From positions 65,544 through 129,543 of the forward strand of contig JBMNIZ010000016.1 in assembly GCA_050951405.1 (NCBI GenBank): a stretch of DNA of 64,000 bases, in the 5' to 3' direction. The translations under genes were made by a program, and so were the position numbers. Positions 28,926 through 40,390 of the stretch are shown piece by piece (position 1 is the first letter of the stretch; each line of letters opens with the position of its first letter). Source of the stretch: Bacillota bacterium. GTDB taxonomy: Bacteria; Bacillota; DULZ01. Under the pieces are notes generated by a model that saw only the letters and a list, made by a program, of their open reading frames with translations, did not search any database and had not been told where the DNA came from.

Positions 28926-29825
28926 TCAAGAGGAACCGGCCAGCAGATCGTTAATGACGGCGCCGGCGGCAATCATACCAATCACAGGAGGAACAAAGGA
29001 AATGCTCCCCAAGATCTTCCCAGCCCCGGCGTTCTTCTCTGCTTCTATCTCTTCGCACACCTTTAAAGGAGGCTTGGGGGAATAGACCACCTTCACTCCT
29101 TTTTTTATACCTTTTTTCCGCAGTTGTTTCCGCACAATTTTAGCCAAGGGGCAGCCTGAGGTTTCCGAAATATCCGCTATCGTGAAGCCGGTGGGATCTG
29201 TTCTGTTTCCCGCTCCCATACAGGAGACAAGAGCACGCCCCTGCAGAAAACACCGTTCAATAAGATCCACTTTACTAGGCACAGTGTCCATGGCATCGAC
29301 TATGTAATCATAGGGAGCCGCCAGGAATTGTTCTCCTTGGTCGGGCGAATAGTATGCACGAACCGCCTCTATTTCCAAATTGGGATTAATATCCAAAAGC
29401 CTCTGCTTTATCACGTCCACCTTGGCTTTTCCCAAAGTGCTCATCAGAGCCGGAAGCTGCCGGTTCAAATTGGACAAACAAATAACATCGTAATCGACTA
29501 GGGTCAGCTTACCAATTCCAGCTCGGGCCAAGGCCTCAACGGCAAAGGAACCTACTCCGCCAATACCAAAAACGGCAACCCAAGAGCTTCCAAGTCTGTC
29601 CACTCCCGCCTCCCCGATCAGCAGCCGGGTGCGAGAAAATTGATCATCCATTATCATTTCTCCCGCATAAAAATAACTAAACCCCACAAATGCCGTGTTC
29701 GCCGTGGTTTTGAACCTGCTCTCCGCAGGTGGGTGCCCTCCTGACTGCTTAATGCGTCCTTCTACTAGAAAGGCATGCACTCCACAGCCAGAGACCAGGC
29801 TCCCTATGTGTTGGTGTTGGCTCAA
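28926..29825 (-). CDS. tcdA: ThiF/MoeB-family tRNA threonylcarbamoyladenosine dehydratase (TcdA/YrvM-like); likely start at an internal Met (~29655)
   Basis: GIGGVGS Rossmann motif and conserved body; position between aspS and trxA/rarA matches B. subtilis yrvM. Confidence 0.65.
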   Translation of the reverse strand: MSQHQHIGSLVSGCGVHAFLVEGRIKQSGGHPPAESRFKTTANTAFVGFSYFYAGEMIMDDQFSRTRLLIGEAGVDRLGSSWVAVFGIGGVGSFAVEALARAGIGKLTLVDYDVICLSNLNRQLPALMSTLGKAKVDVIKQRLLDINPNLEIEAVRAYYSPDQGEQFLAAPYDYIVDAMDTVPSKVDLIERCFLQGRALVSCMGAGNRTDPTGFTIADISETSGCPLAKIVRKQLRKKGIKKGVKVVYSPKPPLKVCEEIEAEKNAGAGKILGSISFVPPVIGMIAAGAVINDLLAGSS

Positions 29826-29895
29826 AACTATCGGCTACCACGCGCATCGCAGGGCGGATTCGTTTCATTTTTCGTCCTTATCGTAGCATAATTTC

Positions 29896-31787
29896 CTAGG
29901 TTTTGCAAGGGTAATCACTGCCAGAAACCAGTGCTGATTTATGCAGGGAGTGTACTCTATTCTTTGTCTGGCCGGTAGCGGAATATACCTGTCCTTTTTC
30001 TGGACAGTCTGCTTTAATGTGCAGTTCTTTCAGCTGCTTATCCGAAACCGGAGACGGGGCGCCGGTCATTAAGTCGGCTGCACTCTGGGTTTTGGGAAAA
30101 GCAATAACGTCCCTGATGGTGATCTTTCCCCGCCATAGAGCATGACCAGAGCGGTCGAGACCAAAGGCAATACCTCCATGGGGAGGTGTCCCATATTCGA
30201 ATGCCTCCAGCAGAAAACCAAACTTTTCCTGGGCTTCCTCCGGACCGAGACCCAAAAGAGAGAATAGTTTTTCCTGGATCTCCCTCCGGTGGATCCGGAT
30301 GCTGCCCCCGCCTATTTCCACACCATTCAAGACTCAAGTCATAAGCTTTAGCCCGGGCCCGGGCAGGGTCCTTCTCCAGCAACTCCAGATCCTCTTCTAC
30401 CGGTGAGGTAAAAGGATGGTGAATGGCCACGTAACGCTTTTCCTCCTGGTCGTATTCCAACAGGGGAAAATCAACGACCCAGCAAAAGCTGAACTGATCA
30501 GGGTCTATTAACTGAAGCCTTTTACCGAATTCCTCTCTGAGAGAGCCAAGACTTGCGGCTCAGCCACTTCCGGCCGGTCCGCCACAAAAAGAAGCAAATC
30601 ACCGGCTTCCGGCCTCCAAGCGCGTCACAAAGAGCCTCGAGTTCCCCGGCGGAAAAGAATTTCAGAATGGGGGATTTGGGTCCCTCACCGCCCAGACTGA
30701 TCCAGGCCAGACCTTTGGCGCCGTAAACCGCTGCCATTTTGGTTAAGTCGTCAATCTCTTTTCTGGAATAGTGGGAACAGCCGGGAACCCTCAATCCTTT
30801 CACCCGACCGCCCCGGGCACACACGGAAGCAAAAACCTTGAATTGACAGGTCGGCGACCAGGTCGGTGATGTCTTTTAACTCCAACCCAAAACGCAAGTC
30901 CGGCTTGTCCGAACCAAACCTGTCCAAGGCTTCCTGATAGGTCAAACGGGGAAAAGGGGTCTCCAGTTCCACTCCCAAAGTAGCATGGAAAATGTAGGCC
31001 ACCATTTCTTCCACCAAGGTCAACACGTCTTCCCTCTCCACAAAGGACATCTCCATATCTAACTGGAGTGAATTCCGGTTGCCGGTCGGCTCGTAAATCT
31101 TCATCACGAAAACATCTGACAATCTGAAAATATTTGTCCAGGCCTGCCACCATCAGAATCTGTTTGAAAATTTGCGGTGACTGGGGCAGGGCAAAAAACT
31201 TGCCGGGATGCACCCGGCTGGGAACAAGGTAATCCCTGGCCCCTTCCGGAGTGCTTTTAGTTAACATGGGAGTCTCTATTTCTAGAAAGCCTTTTTCATC
31301 CAGATAATCACGGATGGCCTTACAGGTCTTATGTCGTATGGCAAGAGTCTTTTGCATGTCAGGGCGCCGTAAGTCCAGGTACCGGTATTGCAGACGGATG
31401 GTTTCATCTACTTCAATATTTTCCGCAATATAAAAGGGCGTGGTTTTGGCGGTATTCAAAACCCGTAATTCCGTCACTTCCACTTCAATTTCTCCTGTTG
31501 GTAAGGAGGGATTGAAGGTACCTTCCGGTCGTATCCTGACGATTCCAGCAATGGCAATGACATATTCATTCCGGACCGTCTCAGCTTTTTCAAATGCCTG
31601 CCGGGCAGAATCAGGGCTTAGAACGATCTGGACCAATCCGGACCTGTCCCTTAAATCCATAAAAATCAATCCACCATGATCTCTTCTTTTGTTCACCCAT
31701 CCCATCAAGACAACTTCTTCATTGATGTGTTCCCTCTCAAATTGCCGCAAAAATGGGTTCTTTTTAAGCCCTCCATGGTCTCAACCA
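29896..31787 (-). CDS. aspS: Aspartyl-tRNA synthetase; at least three frameshifts
   Basis: Four overlapping ORFs carrying the OB fold, class II motifs and C-terminus; the start overlaps the hisS stop (ATGGTTGA). Confidence 0.8.
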
Positions 31788-33088
31788 TTGTTTTTCAAGA
31801 CCTCCCTTGTATATCTGAGAATATTGGACACCACTTCTTCCAGAGGAAACCTGGCCTGTTCTCCTGTAGTCAGGTCTTTGAAATTGATTTCCTGTTGTTT
31901 CCACTCATCTTCTCCCAGAAAGATGACAAAGCGAAAGCCGCTTTTATCGGCAAATTTAAGCTGGGATTTGAGGCTCCGGTCCAGATAGTCCATCTCCGCC
32001 AGTCAGCCCTTCTTTGCGCAGTTGATGGAGCAGTTGAAAAGCAAGACGGCGAACATCCCTCCCGGTGGTGGCCAGGAAAATGCCATTGGACCTGGTCGCA
32101 GTGACGGTAGCGAGTCCAGCTTTTTCAGCAACAAAAGGATCCGCTCCAGACCAAGCCCGAATCCGATGCCGGGTACCGGAGGCCCACCAATTTCCTCCAC
32201 CAAGCCCATCATATCTGCCCTCCGCCGCCGACGGCGCTTTGCGCACCGATGCCCGGGGCAATAACCTCAAAGGCTGTGTTGGTATAGTAATCCAGGCCGC
32301 GGACCAGAAGCGGGTCCACTCGGTAAGGAGATTTCACCCATATCCAAATATCCCTGCACCTGCTCAAAGTGCGATTGGCAGCTATCGGCAAAGAGCATCG
32401 GTAATGGTAGGCGCCTCCCTGAGCATAGCTCCTGGCAGGCTGTCACTTTTGCAGTCAAATATGCGCAGTGGGTTCCGGTCAAATCTTCCCGTGGCAGGTG
32501 GGACAGAAGCCGCCCAAGTCGCGGACGCAAATATTCCTGGAGAAGCTTTTTGTGGACCAGGCCGACACTCGGGGCATCCCACGCTGTTCAGCACCAACTG
32601 TAGGTTTTGCAGTCCCAGCCTTTGATAAAAATCCATGGCCAAGATAATGACCTCTGCGTCCACCGCAGGGTCAGCGGAGCCGAACACTTCCACCCCAAAT
32701 TGAGTGAAACTGCCTCAATCTGCCGGCTCTGGGGCCTGCCGTAGCGAAACATGGGACCCAGATAATAGAGTTTGGTTGGCTGGGCCTGGGCATACAGTTT
32801 GTTTTCCAAGAAGGCCCGGACCGTAGGCGCAGTGCCTTCCGGTCTCAAAGTGATGCTCCTTTCCCCCCGGTCCAGAAAGGTATACATTTCCTTCTCCACA
32901 ATATCCGTGGTCTCCCCCACACCCCTCAGGAACAGTTCCGTATGTTCAAAAATGGGAGTGCGGATTTCCCGGTAGCCGTATTGGGAGCATATTTCGTGAA
33001 TTGTTTTCTCCAGTGATCCTCCATTGCTCCGTCTCACCGGGAAGGATGTCGCTGGTGCCCCGTGGGTCGTGTTGATCAGCATCGTCAC
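31781..33088 (-). CDS. hisS: Histidyl-tRNA synthetase; multiple frameshifts
   Basis: Conserved blocks [24 protein letters not shown] and the C-terminal anticodon-binding domain, spread over several frames. Confidence 0.8.
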
Positions 33089-33104
33089 CCTTCCTCCTTT
33101 ACCT

Positions 33105-33387
33105 TCACAAGATAAAAAAACAAAAGCCCCCGTCCCCGCCAGCTTTCTAGGGACGGGAGCCTATCCCGCGGTACCACCCTACTTGAACAGGTCAACACAG
33201 TTCCACTTTCTTCCTAACGGCTTTGCACCGGGCATGCCTACCGGGACAACAATCCTTTCGGGTGCCAGCTCCCAGGTGTTTTTCCCGAGCAGCCTTTGAA
33301 AGGGACTTACAGCCACGGTCCCTTCTTTCTGGCAAAGATTCTGCTCGGTACTCCCCTGATCATGGCTATTCCAGATCTTTAATTCCT
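33105..33387 (-). promoter_or_regulatory. T-box riboswitch leader of the hisS-aspS operon
   Basis: Minus strand carries the T-box consensus AGUAGGGUGGUACCGCGGG, then a terminator (CCCGUCCC...GGGACGGG plus a U-run) just before hisS; specifier codon not determined. Confidence 0.8.
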
Positions 33388-33393
33388 CAAATT

Positions 33394-33422
33394 ATTTTAA
33401 TCAATTACCGGCAGGAAGTCAA
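33394..33422 (-). promoter_or_regulatory. Sigma-A-type promoter for the T-box/hisS transcript (TTGACT, 17 bp, TAAAAT)
   Basis: Read on the minus strand. Confidence 0.55.
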
Positions 33423-33471
33423 TTTGCATCGATCTTTTGCTCAGGTGAAAAAGGGGTTGGAAGCTTTTTCT

Positions 33472-34068
33472 TCAGCCAAGGTGGTTTCCGGTCCATGGCC
33501 TGGATAAATGATCCGGTCCCCAGGTCAGGGTAAATATCTTCTCTGTGTCCACGGATTCAATCAAAGAACGATAAGAGCCTCCCGGCAAATCCGTTCGCCC
33601 GATGGAGCCGGCAAAAAGCGTATCTCCAGTAAAAAGGTATTCACCTTCATCCAGGCAGATACATCCGGGGGTATGCCCGGGAGTATGTATAACCTGTAAT
33701 GTGATTTCCTCACCAATTTTAATTTGATCGCCGTCTTGCAGCAGTTGATCGGCAGAAGTCCCCTGTACTGAAGAAGCTGAATAGGAAAGCAAACTTTTTC
33801 GCGGATCGGTCAAAAAGCCCGCGTCTCCTTCATGGATCAGGATCTTGGCTCCGGTGGCTTCTTTCAGCTCCCCATTAGCTGCTATGTGATCACCATGTCC
33901 ATGGGTGTTGATAATATACTTGAGCTGAAGCTGAAGAGAGGCAATTTCTTGCAGAATTTTTTCCCCGTCTCCGCCGGGATCAATCACCGCAGCTTCTCTT
34001 GTTTCCTCGCATCCGAGCACATAACAGTTAGTTGCCAAAACCCCCACTTGCAATCTTTTAATCAGCAT
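33472..34068 (-). CDS. MBL-fold metallo-hydrolase (glyoxalase II-like), 198 aa; C-terminus possibly frame-disrupted
   Basis: HxHxDH motif (THGHGDH). Confidence 0.75.
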   Translation of the reverse strand: MLIKRLQVGVLATNCYVLGCEETREAAVIDPGGDGEKILQEIASLQLQLKYIINTHGHGDHIAANGELKEATGAKILIHEGDAGFLTDPRKSLLSYSASSVQGTSADQLLQDGDQIKIGEEITLQVIHTPGHTPGCICLDEGEYLFTGDTLFAGSIGRTDLPGGSYRSLIESVDTEKIFTLTWGPDHLSRPWTGNHLG

Positions 34069-34085
34069 TTTTTCACCAACCTTTT

Positions 34086-34530
34086 TTATTGTTTACTATC
34101 CAACAGTATGGTCACCGGTCCCTCATTATAAATTTCCACCAGCATTTCTTCCTGAAACCGACCACTGGATACTCGCACCCCTTTTTGGCGGACGGCATTG
34201 ATAAACTCCTCATACATTTTCCTGGCTAGAGGGGGAGGAGCGGCCTTAATAAAGCTGGGCCTCCTTCCTTTCCGGCAATACCCATAAAGAGTAAACTGGG
34301 AGACCACTAATAGCTCTCCCCCCACATCCAGCAAGGATCGGTTCATTTTTCCTTTATCATCGGGGAAAATGCGCAGAGTTCAGTGTTTTTTCCACCAGGT
34401 AATCCAGATCTTCTTTGGTATCATCATGAGTGACCCCCAACAGAACCACCAAGCCCTTCTCAATCTGGCCCACAGTTCGTCCCATTACTTGTACCTTGGC
34501 TTCTTTTACTCTTTGCAGTAGAAGCTCGCA
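34086..34530 (-). CDS. dtd: D-aminoacyl-tRNA deacylase; one frameshift
   Basis: C-terminal SQFTLYG motif in the ORF, N-terminus in an adjacent frame; conserved position downstream of relA. Confidence 0.7.
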
Positions 34531-34545
34531 TCTCCATCCCTTTCT

Positions 34546-36705
34546 TTAAGTCGGTGTTACTCGTCTTACTTCCATTACATCTTTAACTTTCCTGATCTTA
34601 TTCATGATATACTCCAAATGTTCCAGGCCGCGAATTTCCACTTTTAAATCCACAGCAGCCAAACCGTTCTTAGTGGCCCTGGCATTGACAGCATTGATAA
34701 TGGTTTTGGTATCAGTAATGGCCGTCATGATATCCATAGCCAGCCGGGGCCTATCAATGGCCACTGCCTCGATCCTGGCCTGGTAAATCCCCTCTCCTTC
34801 TGCATTCCAAGACACTTTAATAATTCTTTCCCGGTTTTCTCCGTGGGGATGAAGCACATTGGGACAATCGGACCGATGAACGGATATGCCTCTGCCCCTG
34901 GTAATGTATCCCACAATCTCATCCCCCGGCAGTGGATTACAGCAGCGGGAAAGCCGAACCACCACGTTCTCCACTCCTTCCACAATAACGCCGTGAGAAG
35001 GTTTATGGGAATCCTGCCAGGGTGAGACCAGGGGCGCCGGAGCCGCTTTTTCGCTCACTGCGTTTAACAATTTCCCTCAGTTTGGCAACAACTTGCAGGG
35101 GAGTGACCACACCATCGGCCAATGCAATATATAGTTCATCAACGCCGGCTAGATTAAATTTTTTGAGCCACCTCCTGCAGGTTAGGCAGACGTAAATCTT
35201 CATCCCCAAAGCCGTTTTTCCTAGCTTCCTTGTCCAATGCTTCTTTTCCCTTGGCGATGTTCTCTTCCCGTATTTCCTTTTTAAACCACTGGCGGATGCG
35301 GTTTTTTGCCTGGGAAGTCTTGACAATGTTTAGCCAATCCCGACTGGGACCGCTGGATTTAGATGTAAGAATTTCTACGATGTCACCGGTTTTTAGTTTA
35401 TAATCCAGAGGCACTATCCGGCCATTAACCTTGGCCCCGCACACATCGATGTCCCACATCAGTATGAACCCGATAGGCAAAATCTATGGGGACGGAACCG
35501 GCTGACAGCTCCACCACATCTCCTTTAGGAGTAAAAACATAGACCCGGTCAGAAAACAAGTCAATTTTTAAAGAATCCATGAATTCCCTGGCATCCCTTA
35601 GCTCTCGCTGCCATTCCAGAAGCTGCCTCAACCAGGAAAGCTTGTCTTCAAACTCTCTATCATTTCCCGCTTTGCCTTCTTTATAGCGCCAATGGGCCGC
35701 AATACCATATTCTGCCGTTCTATGCATTTCCCAGGTCCTGATTTGAATTTCAAAGGGCTCCCCTTTTGGTCCGATGACTGTAGTGTGAAGGGATTGGTAC
35801 ATATTGGGCTTAGGCATGGCAATGTAGTCTTTAAATCGTCCGGGAATAGGCTTCCAGAGGGAATGGATTATACCCAAAGATCCATAGCAATCCTTCACTG
35901 TATTCACAATTACTCGCACTGCAATTAAATCATAGATCTCACTCAGGCTTTTTCCTTGTTTGGTCATTTTATTATAAATGCTATAAAAATGCTTGGGACG
36001 GCCCTGAATATCAGCCTCAATATTCATTTCCGCCAATTGCTGGCGAAGAATCTCAATCACTTCATTGATATAGGCCTCCCTCTCCTGTCTTTTCATGGAA
36101 ATGCTCTGCACAATTTGATAATACTGCTCAGCTTCTAAATAGCGTAAGGCTAGATCCTCCAACTCCCATTTCAACTTGAAAATCCCCAGACGATGGGCCA
36201 GAGGGGCAAAGATTTCCAAAGTCTCTTCCGCAATTTCCCGCTGTTTTTCCGGGAGCTGATGTTTAAGAGTGCGCATATTGTGGAGCCGGTCAGCCAATTT
36301 AATCAAAATGACCCGGATGTCTTTGGCCATAGCTAAAAACATCTTCCGCAAATTATCTACCTGTTGCTCTTCTTTCGACTTGAACTCGATCCGGCTGAGC
36401 TTGGTGACGCCGTCAACTAAAAGAGCAACTTCATCGCCAAAATGCTCCCTGATTTCCTCCAGATCCGTATCTGTATCTTCCACCACGTCATGGAGAAGAC
36501 CGGCCACAATGGTGGTAAGATCAAGCTGCAAGCCGGCCAAAACCCGGGCCACACCCAGAGGATGAGTAATGTAATCCTCTCCTGACCGACGCTTTTGGCC
36601 GCTATGCGCCCGTGAGGCGAATTGATAGGCATTCCTGACTAATTCCGCATCCACACTGGGATGGTATGACTGTATTTCCTGAATAAGTTGTTCTACAGGA
36701 TCCAC
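34546..36705 (-). CDS. relA: GTP pyrophosphokinase / (p)ppGpp synthetase-hydrolase RelA/SpoT; at least three frameshifts
   Basis: HD plus synthetase in the 426-aa ORF, TGS and ACT domains in three further overlapping ORFs. Confidence 0.85.
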
Positions 36706-36758
36706 ACGATCACCTCCGGGGCAGTGGAGAAGAGGAAAGTTTTTAGGCTAAAGGCAAC

Positions 36759-39710
36759 TCAATCAGCTTGGACTCCTCCCAACAAAAAGTCGGTTATCCG
36801 GTCATCTTCTTGGTTTAACAGAGATTTTAAGAAGTAAAAAGAACTCTTTTCCTTCTCTCCCTGCCTAAACTCCCCTGAACTTTCCAATTCTTCCCACTCC
36901 GTCTCTTTCCATATCCTGAAAGCATGTTTCAAAGCCGGCCGGGAATACCGGGGAAAGCTGATCCTTAACGCCTGGATTAATTTTTGCCGGTCCGGTTTTT
37001 TCCCTTCTATGCAGCTCATTTCTTTGACTTTATTCAGCACGGGGATAATGGTACTTTTTCCCGGGAAAATCGTCTTTAGAATGTTTTCGTTGTTTTTAAG
37101 ATCTTGCTGATTCCAGAGCAGGTGTACGGATAGAGGACTTAAGCCTGGCCTGCTTTTCAAATAAAACTCTTCCAGGCTGAAGGGCACATCAAAAATTAGT
37201 CGCTGCGTCTTCCCCGTTTCCGACGAAATCCTCAAGTCCAACAGCTCATTGGTAACGATGATTTCCGCCAGCTGATGGTGAACTGCATTTAAAACCTGTT
37301 GTCTCTGGCTGGCACAAAGTCCTGAATGGGAATACCAAATTTTTCGCCCACGCCCCGGCATCATTTTTTTTAGGCGGTGATATAAGTCCAGCACTCTTTG
37401 TTTCTGATTGACATAAACGACTAAGAGCTGATTGCTTTTTCCCGCCAACTCCTCCAGGTGATCCAGCTTGTTTCGGAAATCCAAGAAGAATTTTTGAAAG
37501 TCAAAGTTGACCGGGGATTTGATTCTTTGAAAAGACAGACTAATAGCTGTCTCCATCAGTTCAGGTACAACGGATTCCGGTGTATCCAAGCCTGGAAATT
37601 TCAGCCATACTAGCCGGCAATCCGGATCTGCATTAAAAGCTTGGTCAGAATTAATAGAAAAAATGATTTCCGAAGGGGCAAGAAAAACATCGATGTCTGC
37701 GATCGGTATTTTCTCTCCAGGAAATAATCTTTCTCTTTCCCGGTCCAACCTGGTACAACTGAGACCATATTCCTGTAAACAGTCCACCAGAAAACGATAG
37801 TACAAGGCCATAATTCTCTTGGTGGGAAAGACCACCAGAGACTTGTGCCCCCTCTGCCGGTTGAATCGGATGATTTCCAGCAGCAGGTCAAACTGTTGAA
37901 AGCCATTTAAGCAAAAGTAATCTTGACGTCCTGCTTTCACTGTGGAGAAAGAAAAATAACCACCGGACTTGACAGAATTGGGCGTCTCCTCTTCTGGGAA
38001 ACGGAAATCTTTGATTTTTAACTGCATTTTCTCCTGTCCATTCCAAACGTTTCTTTCTATGCTGAAAACCAAATCCGTGTTTTGTTCCAATGCGGCTGCG
38101 GTTTCCGTCAAATGGCCAAAATTAAAAGCAATGGCTTCTAATTGGGAAGTCTCCGCCAAGACCTTCAATTTGAGATGTTTGCCCTCCCTGCCCACTACCC
38201 GGCAGTCCAGGAGACCGGTTTGACGGCAAAGCAGCACAGGCTCCGGATTACTGTAGCCAAAAGGCTGGAGGGCCTCCAGTTCCCTCATCAGGTTCTCATC
38301 CAGTTGTCCCGGTAGTACCTCCGCATCCACCATTAAAGTGGGCTGAGATACCTCTTGCACCAGTCTGGGCCGGGCATATGCGTTGATCTTTTCTTTAAAC
38401 TTTCCTAGTTGGGAAGTTTCCAGAGTAAGGCCGACGGCTTGTTCATGTCCACCGGCTTTAATCAGCATTTCCCGGCAGCTTTCTAAAGCGCGGTACAAAT
38501 TAAAGCCCGGAATACTCCTGCCGGAACCTCTGGCCTGCTCTCCCTCGACAGCCAGCAGTATCACCGGTTTTCCGTAGATATCCACCATTTTCGAAGCAAC
38601 TGTTCCCAGAATACCCGCATGCCAAAGAGGAGAGGAAAGGACGACTATATTTTCCCCTTCCGGATCATATTCTTTTTCCAGAAGAGAGACGGCATCTTTG
38701 AGAAATTGCTGTTCTAACAACTGGCGAGTTTCATTATGAACATTTAAAAGATGAGCCAGCTCTCTTCCTTCCTGTTCCGAATCCGTCAAAAGCAGCTCCA
38801 ATGCGGGAAGGGCACTATCCATCCGGCCGGCGGCATTTAAGCGGGGAGCCAAGATAAAGGCTACTTGATTGGGTGTCAAAAGCTTACCTTCCAACCCGGT
38901 AGCCTGCAACAAGGCTCTTAGACCTGCCCTCCTGGTCTGGAATAAAAGTTTCAATCCGTGCGTAGCCAGAATCCGGTTTTCACCGGTCAAAGGCACCACA
39001 TCTGCAATAGTCCCCAAAGCCACCAAATCAAGGTAGCTTCCCCCCAGGATCCCTCCTACCGGCAGCAGGCCAGACTCCTCTTCCACGGCCTGGGCCAATT
39101 TAAAGGCCACCCCTACCCCGGCCAAATCACCCAGATTCCGGCCATCAGCCATAAATTTGGGATTGACCAGGATAGCTTCTTCCGGTAGGTCGAGACCCGG
39201 TTCATGGTGGTCAGTAATAATAAAATCCAATCCCATCTTTTTTCCCCAGGCCACCTCTTCCACGGCAGAAATGCCGCAGTCCACAGTAACAATCAAAGAA
39301 ACCCCTTGAGTGCTTGCCTGCTCCAGAGCGAATCGATGGAGGCCGTAGCCTTCCGATCGGTCCGGTATGTAATAGGAGACCTCAGCATTCAACCGACGCA
39401 AAAGAGAAACCATGAGGGCCGTGGATGTCAAGCCATCCACATCATAATCTCCATAAACCATGATCTTTTCCCCGCCACTAAGAGCACGGCGGAGACGATA
39501 AACAGCTTCTTTTATTCCCGGAATGATCCAAGGGGAACTTAAATCGCTAAGGGAATTGCGCAGAAATAACCGGGCCTCGGAAACAGAAGAAATACCTCTA
39601 TTGATTAAAACCTGGGCCACAGGAGAGGAAATAGGCAGTTGGCTGATCAGATCACGTTGTAAAGACCAATCAGGCTCTGCTAAAGACCACTTTTTGCCGG
39701 AAAAACTCAT
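36759..39710 (-). CDS. recJ: Single-stranded-DNA-specific exonuclease RecJ (DHH/DHHA1/OB) with a ~400-aa C-terminal extension carrying degenerate SF2 helicase C-domain-like motifs
   Basis: DHH motifs (VYGDYDVDG, DHH) in the first ~620 aa; the extension contains ...LLVVYVNQKQRVLDLYHRLKK...WYSHSGLCASQRQQVLNAVHHQLAEIIVTNELLDLRISSETGKTQRLIFDVPFSLEEFYLKSRPG. Confidence 0.8.
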   Translation of the reverse strand: MSFSGKKWSLAEPDWSLQRDLISQLPISSPVAQVLINRGISSVSEARLFLRNSLSDLSSPWIIPGIKEAVYRLRRALSGGEKIMVYGDYDVDGLTSTALMVSLLRRLNAEVSYYIPDRSEGYGLHRFALEQASTQGVSLIVTVDCGISAVEEVAWGKKMGLDFIITDHHEPGLDLPEEAILVNPKFMADGRNLGDLAGVGVAFKLAQAVEEESGLLPVGGILGGSYLDLVALGTIADVVPLTGENRILATHGLKLLFQTRRAGLRALLQATGLEGKLLTPNQVAFILAPRLNAAGRMDSALPALELLLTDSEQEGRELAHLLNVHNETRQLLEQQFLKDAVSLLEKEYDPEGENIVVLSSPLWHAGILGTVASKMVDIYGKPVILLAVEGEQARGSGRSIPGFNLYRALESCREMLIKAGGHEQAVGLTLETSQLGKFKEKINAYARPRLVQEVSQPTLMVDAEVLPGQLDENLMRELEALQPFGYSNPEPVLLCRQTGLLDCRVVGREGKHLKLKVLAETSQLEAIAFNFGHLTETAAALEQNTDLVFSIERNVWNGQEKMQLKIKDFRFPEEETPNSVKSGGYFSFSTVKAGRQDYFCLNGFQQFDLLLEIIRFNRQRGHKSLVVFPTKRIMALYYRFLVDCLQEYGLSCTRLDRERERLFPGEKIPIADIDVFLAPSEIIFSINSDQAFNADPDCRLVWLKFPGLDTPESVVPELMETAISLSFQRIKSPVNFDFQKFFLDFRNKLDHLEELAGKSNQLLVVYVNQKQRVLDLYHRLKKMMPGRGRKIWYSHSGLCASQRQQVLNAVHHQLAEIIVTNELLDLRISSETGKTQRLIFDVPFSLEEFYLKSRPGLSPLSVHLLWNQQDLKNNENILKTIFPGKSTIIPVLNKVKEMSCIEGKKPDRQKLIQALRISFPRYSRPALKHAFRIWKETEWEELESSGEFRQGEKEKSSFYFLKSLLNQEDDRITDFLLGGVQAD

Positions 39711-39910
39711 CTTCCCTGCCTCCATGAGTTCATTATAAAATAAGCTATTCCATATCGCAAGGTATGGGGGCCATCTCCAGCTGATCGCTCTGAAGCATTC
39801 ATCATTATCGAAAGCCCTGGTTTGGGATATGGTTTTATCCACATAAAAAACAAACCGGCAAAACCGGTTTTCAGCCTTCGAACCGTTTATTACTAAGAGA
39901 TACGACCCCT

Positions 39911-40270
39911 CTATAGCCCATCTGCGCCCGGAAATGGAGGGGCGGAACTATTGGTTTCGTTTATACTCCCCGGCTGTTCCTCATCTGGCTCCGCAGCTTT
40001 TAACTGTTGCAGTTCACTTTCCAGCTTCTTGATTCTCCCTTCCGCCTCTTTCAATTTCCAGATTAACCCGATCTGTTTGAAAGAGCCCAAAATAAAAATG
40101 ATAACAGCTCCAATAACAGCGGAACCGAGAATGACAAGAACTAAGGAAATATCGGCAAATTCCCAATTGAGAAACCTAATATCCACCAAAGATGCGTTTT
40201 GAATGGCAAAGATCGCCACAATCAAGGCAAAAACTAAGGCCAAAATCCAATAAAATTGCATTTTTCTCAT
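39911..40270 (-). CDS. LapA/DUF1049-type small membrane protein with a C-terminal coiled coil, 119 aa
   Basis: Two TM segments, then a charged coiled-coil tail. Confidence 0.5.
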   Translation of the reverse strand: MRKMQFYWILALVFALIVAIFAIQNASLVDIRFLNWEFADISLVLVILGSAVIGAVIIFILGSFKQIGLIWKLKEAEGRIKKLESELQQLKAAEPDEEQPGSINETNSSAPPFPGADGL

Positions 40271-40390
40271 CTCCCGGCCAATTTTTTCTAGTATTCTTCA
40301 TGATCCCTTAGAATCCTCCTCCACCGGTAATGATAGTGAACAAAGAAAAACAGCCCGGCATTTTCCGAGCTGTGCTAGCTACAAATGTAA

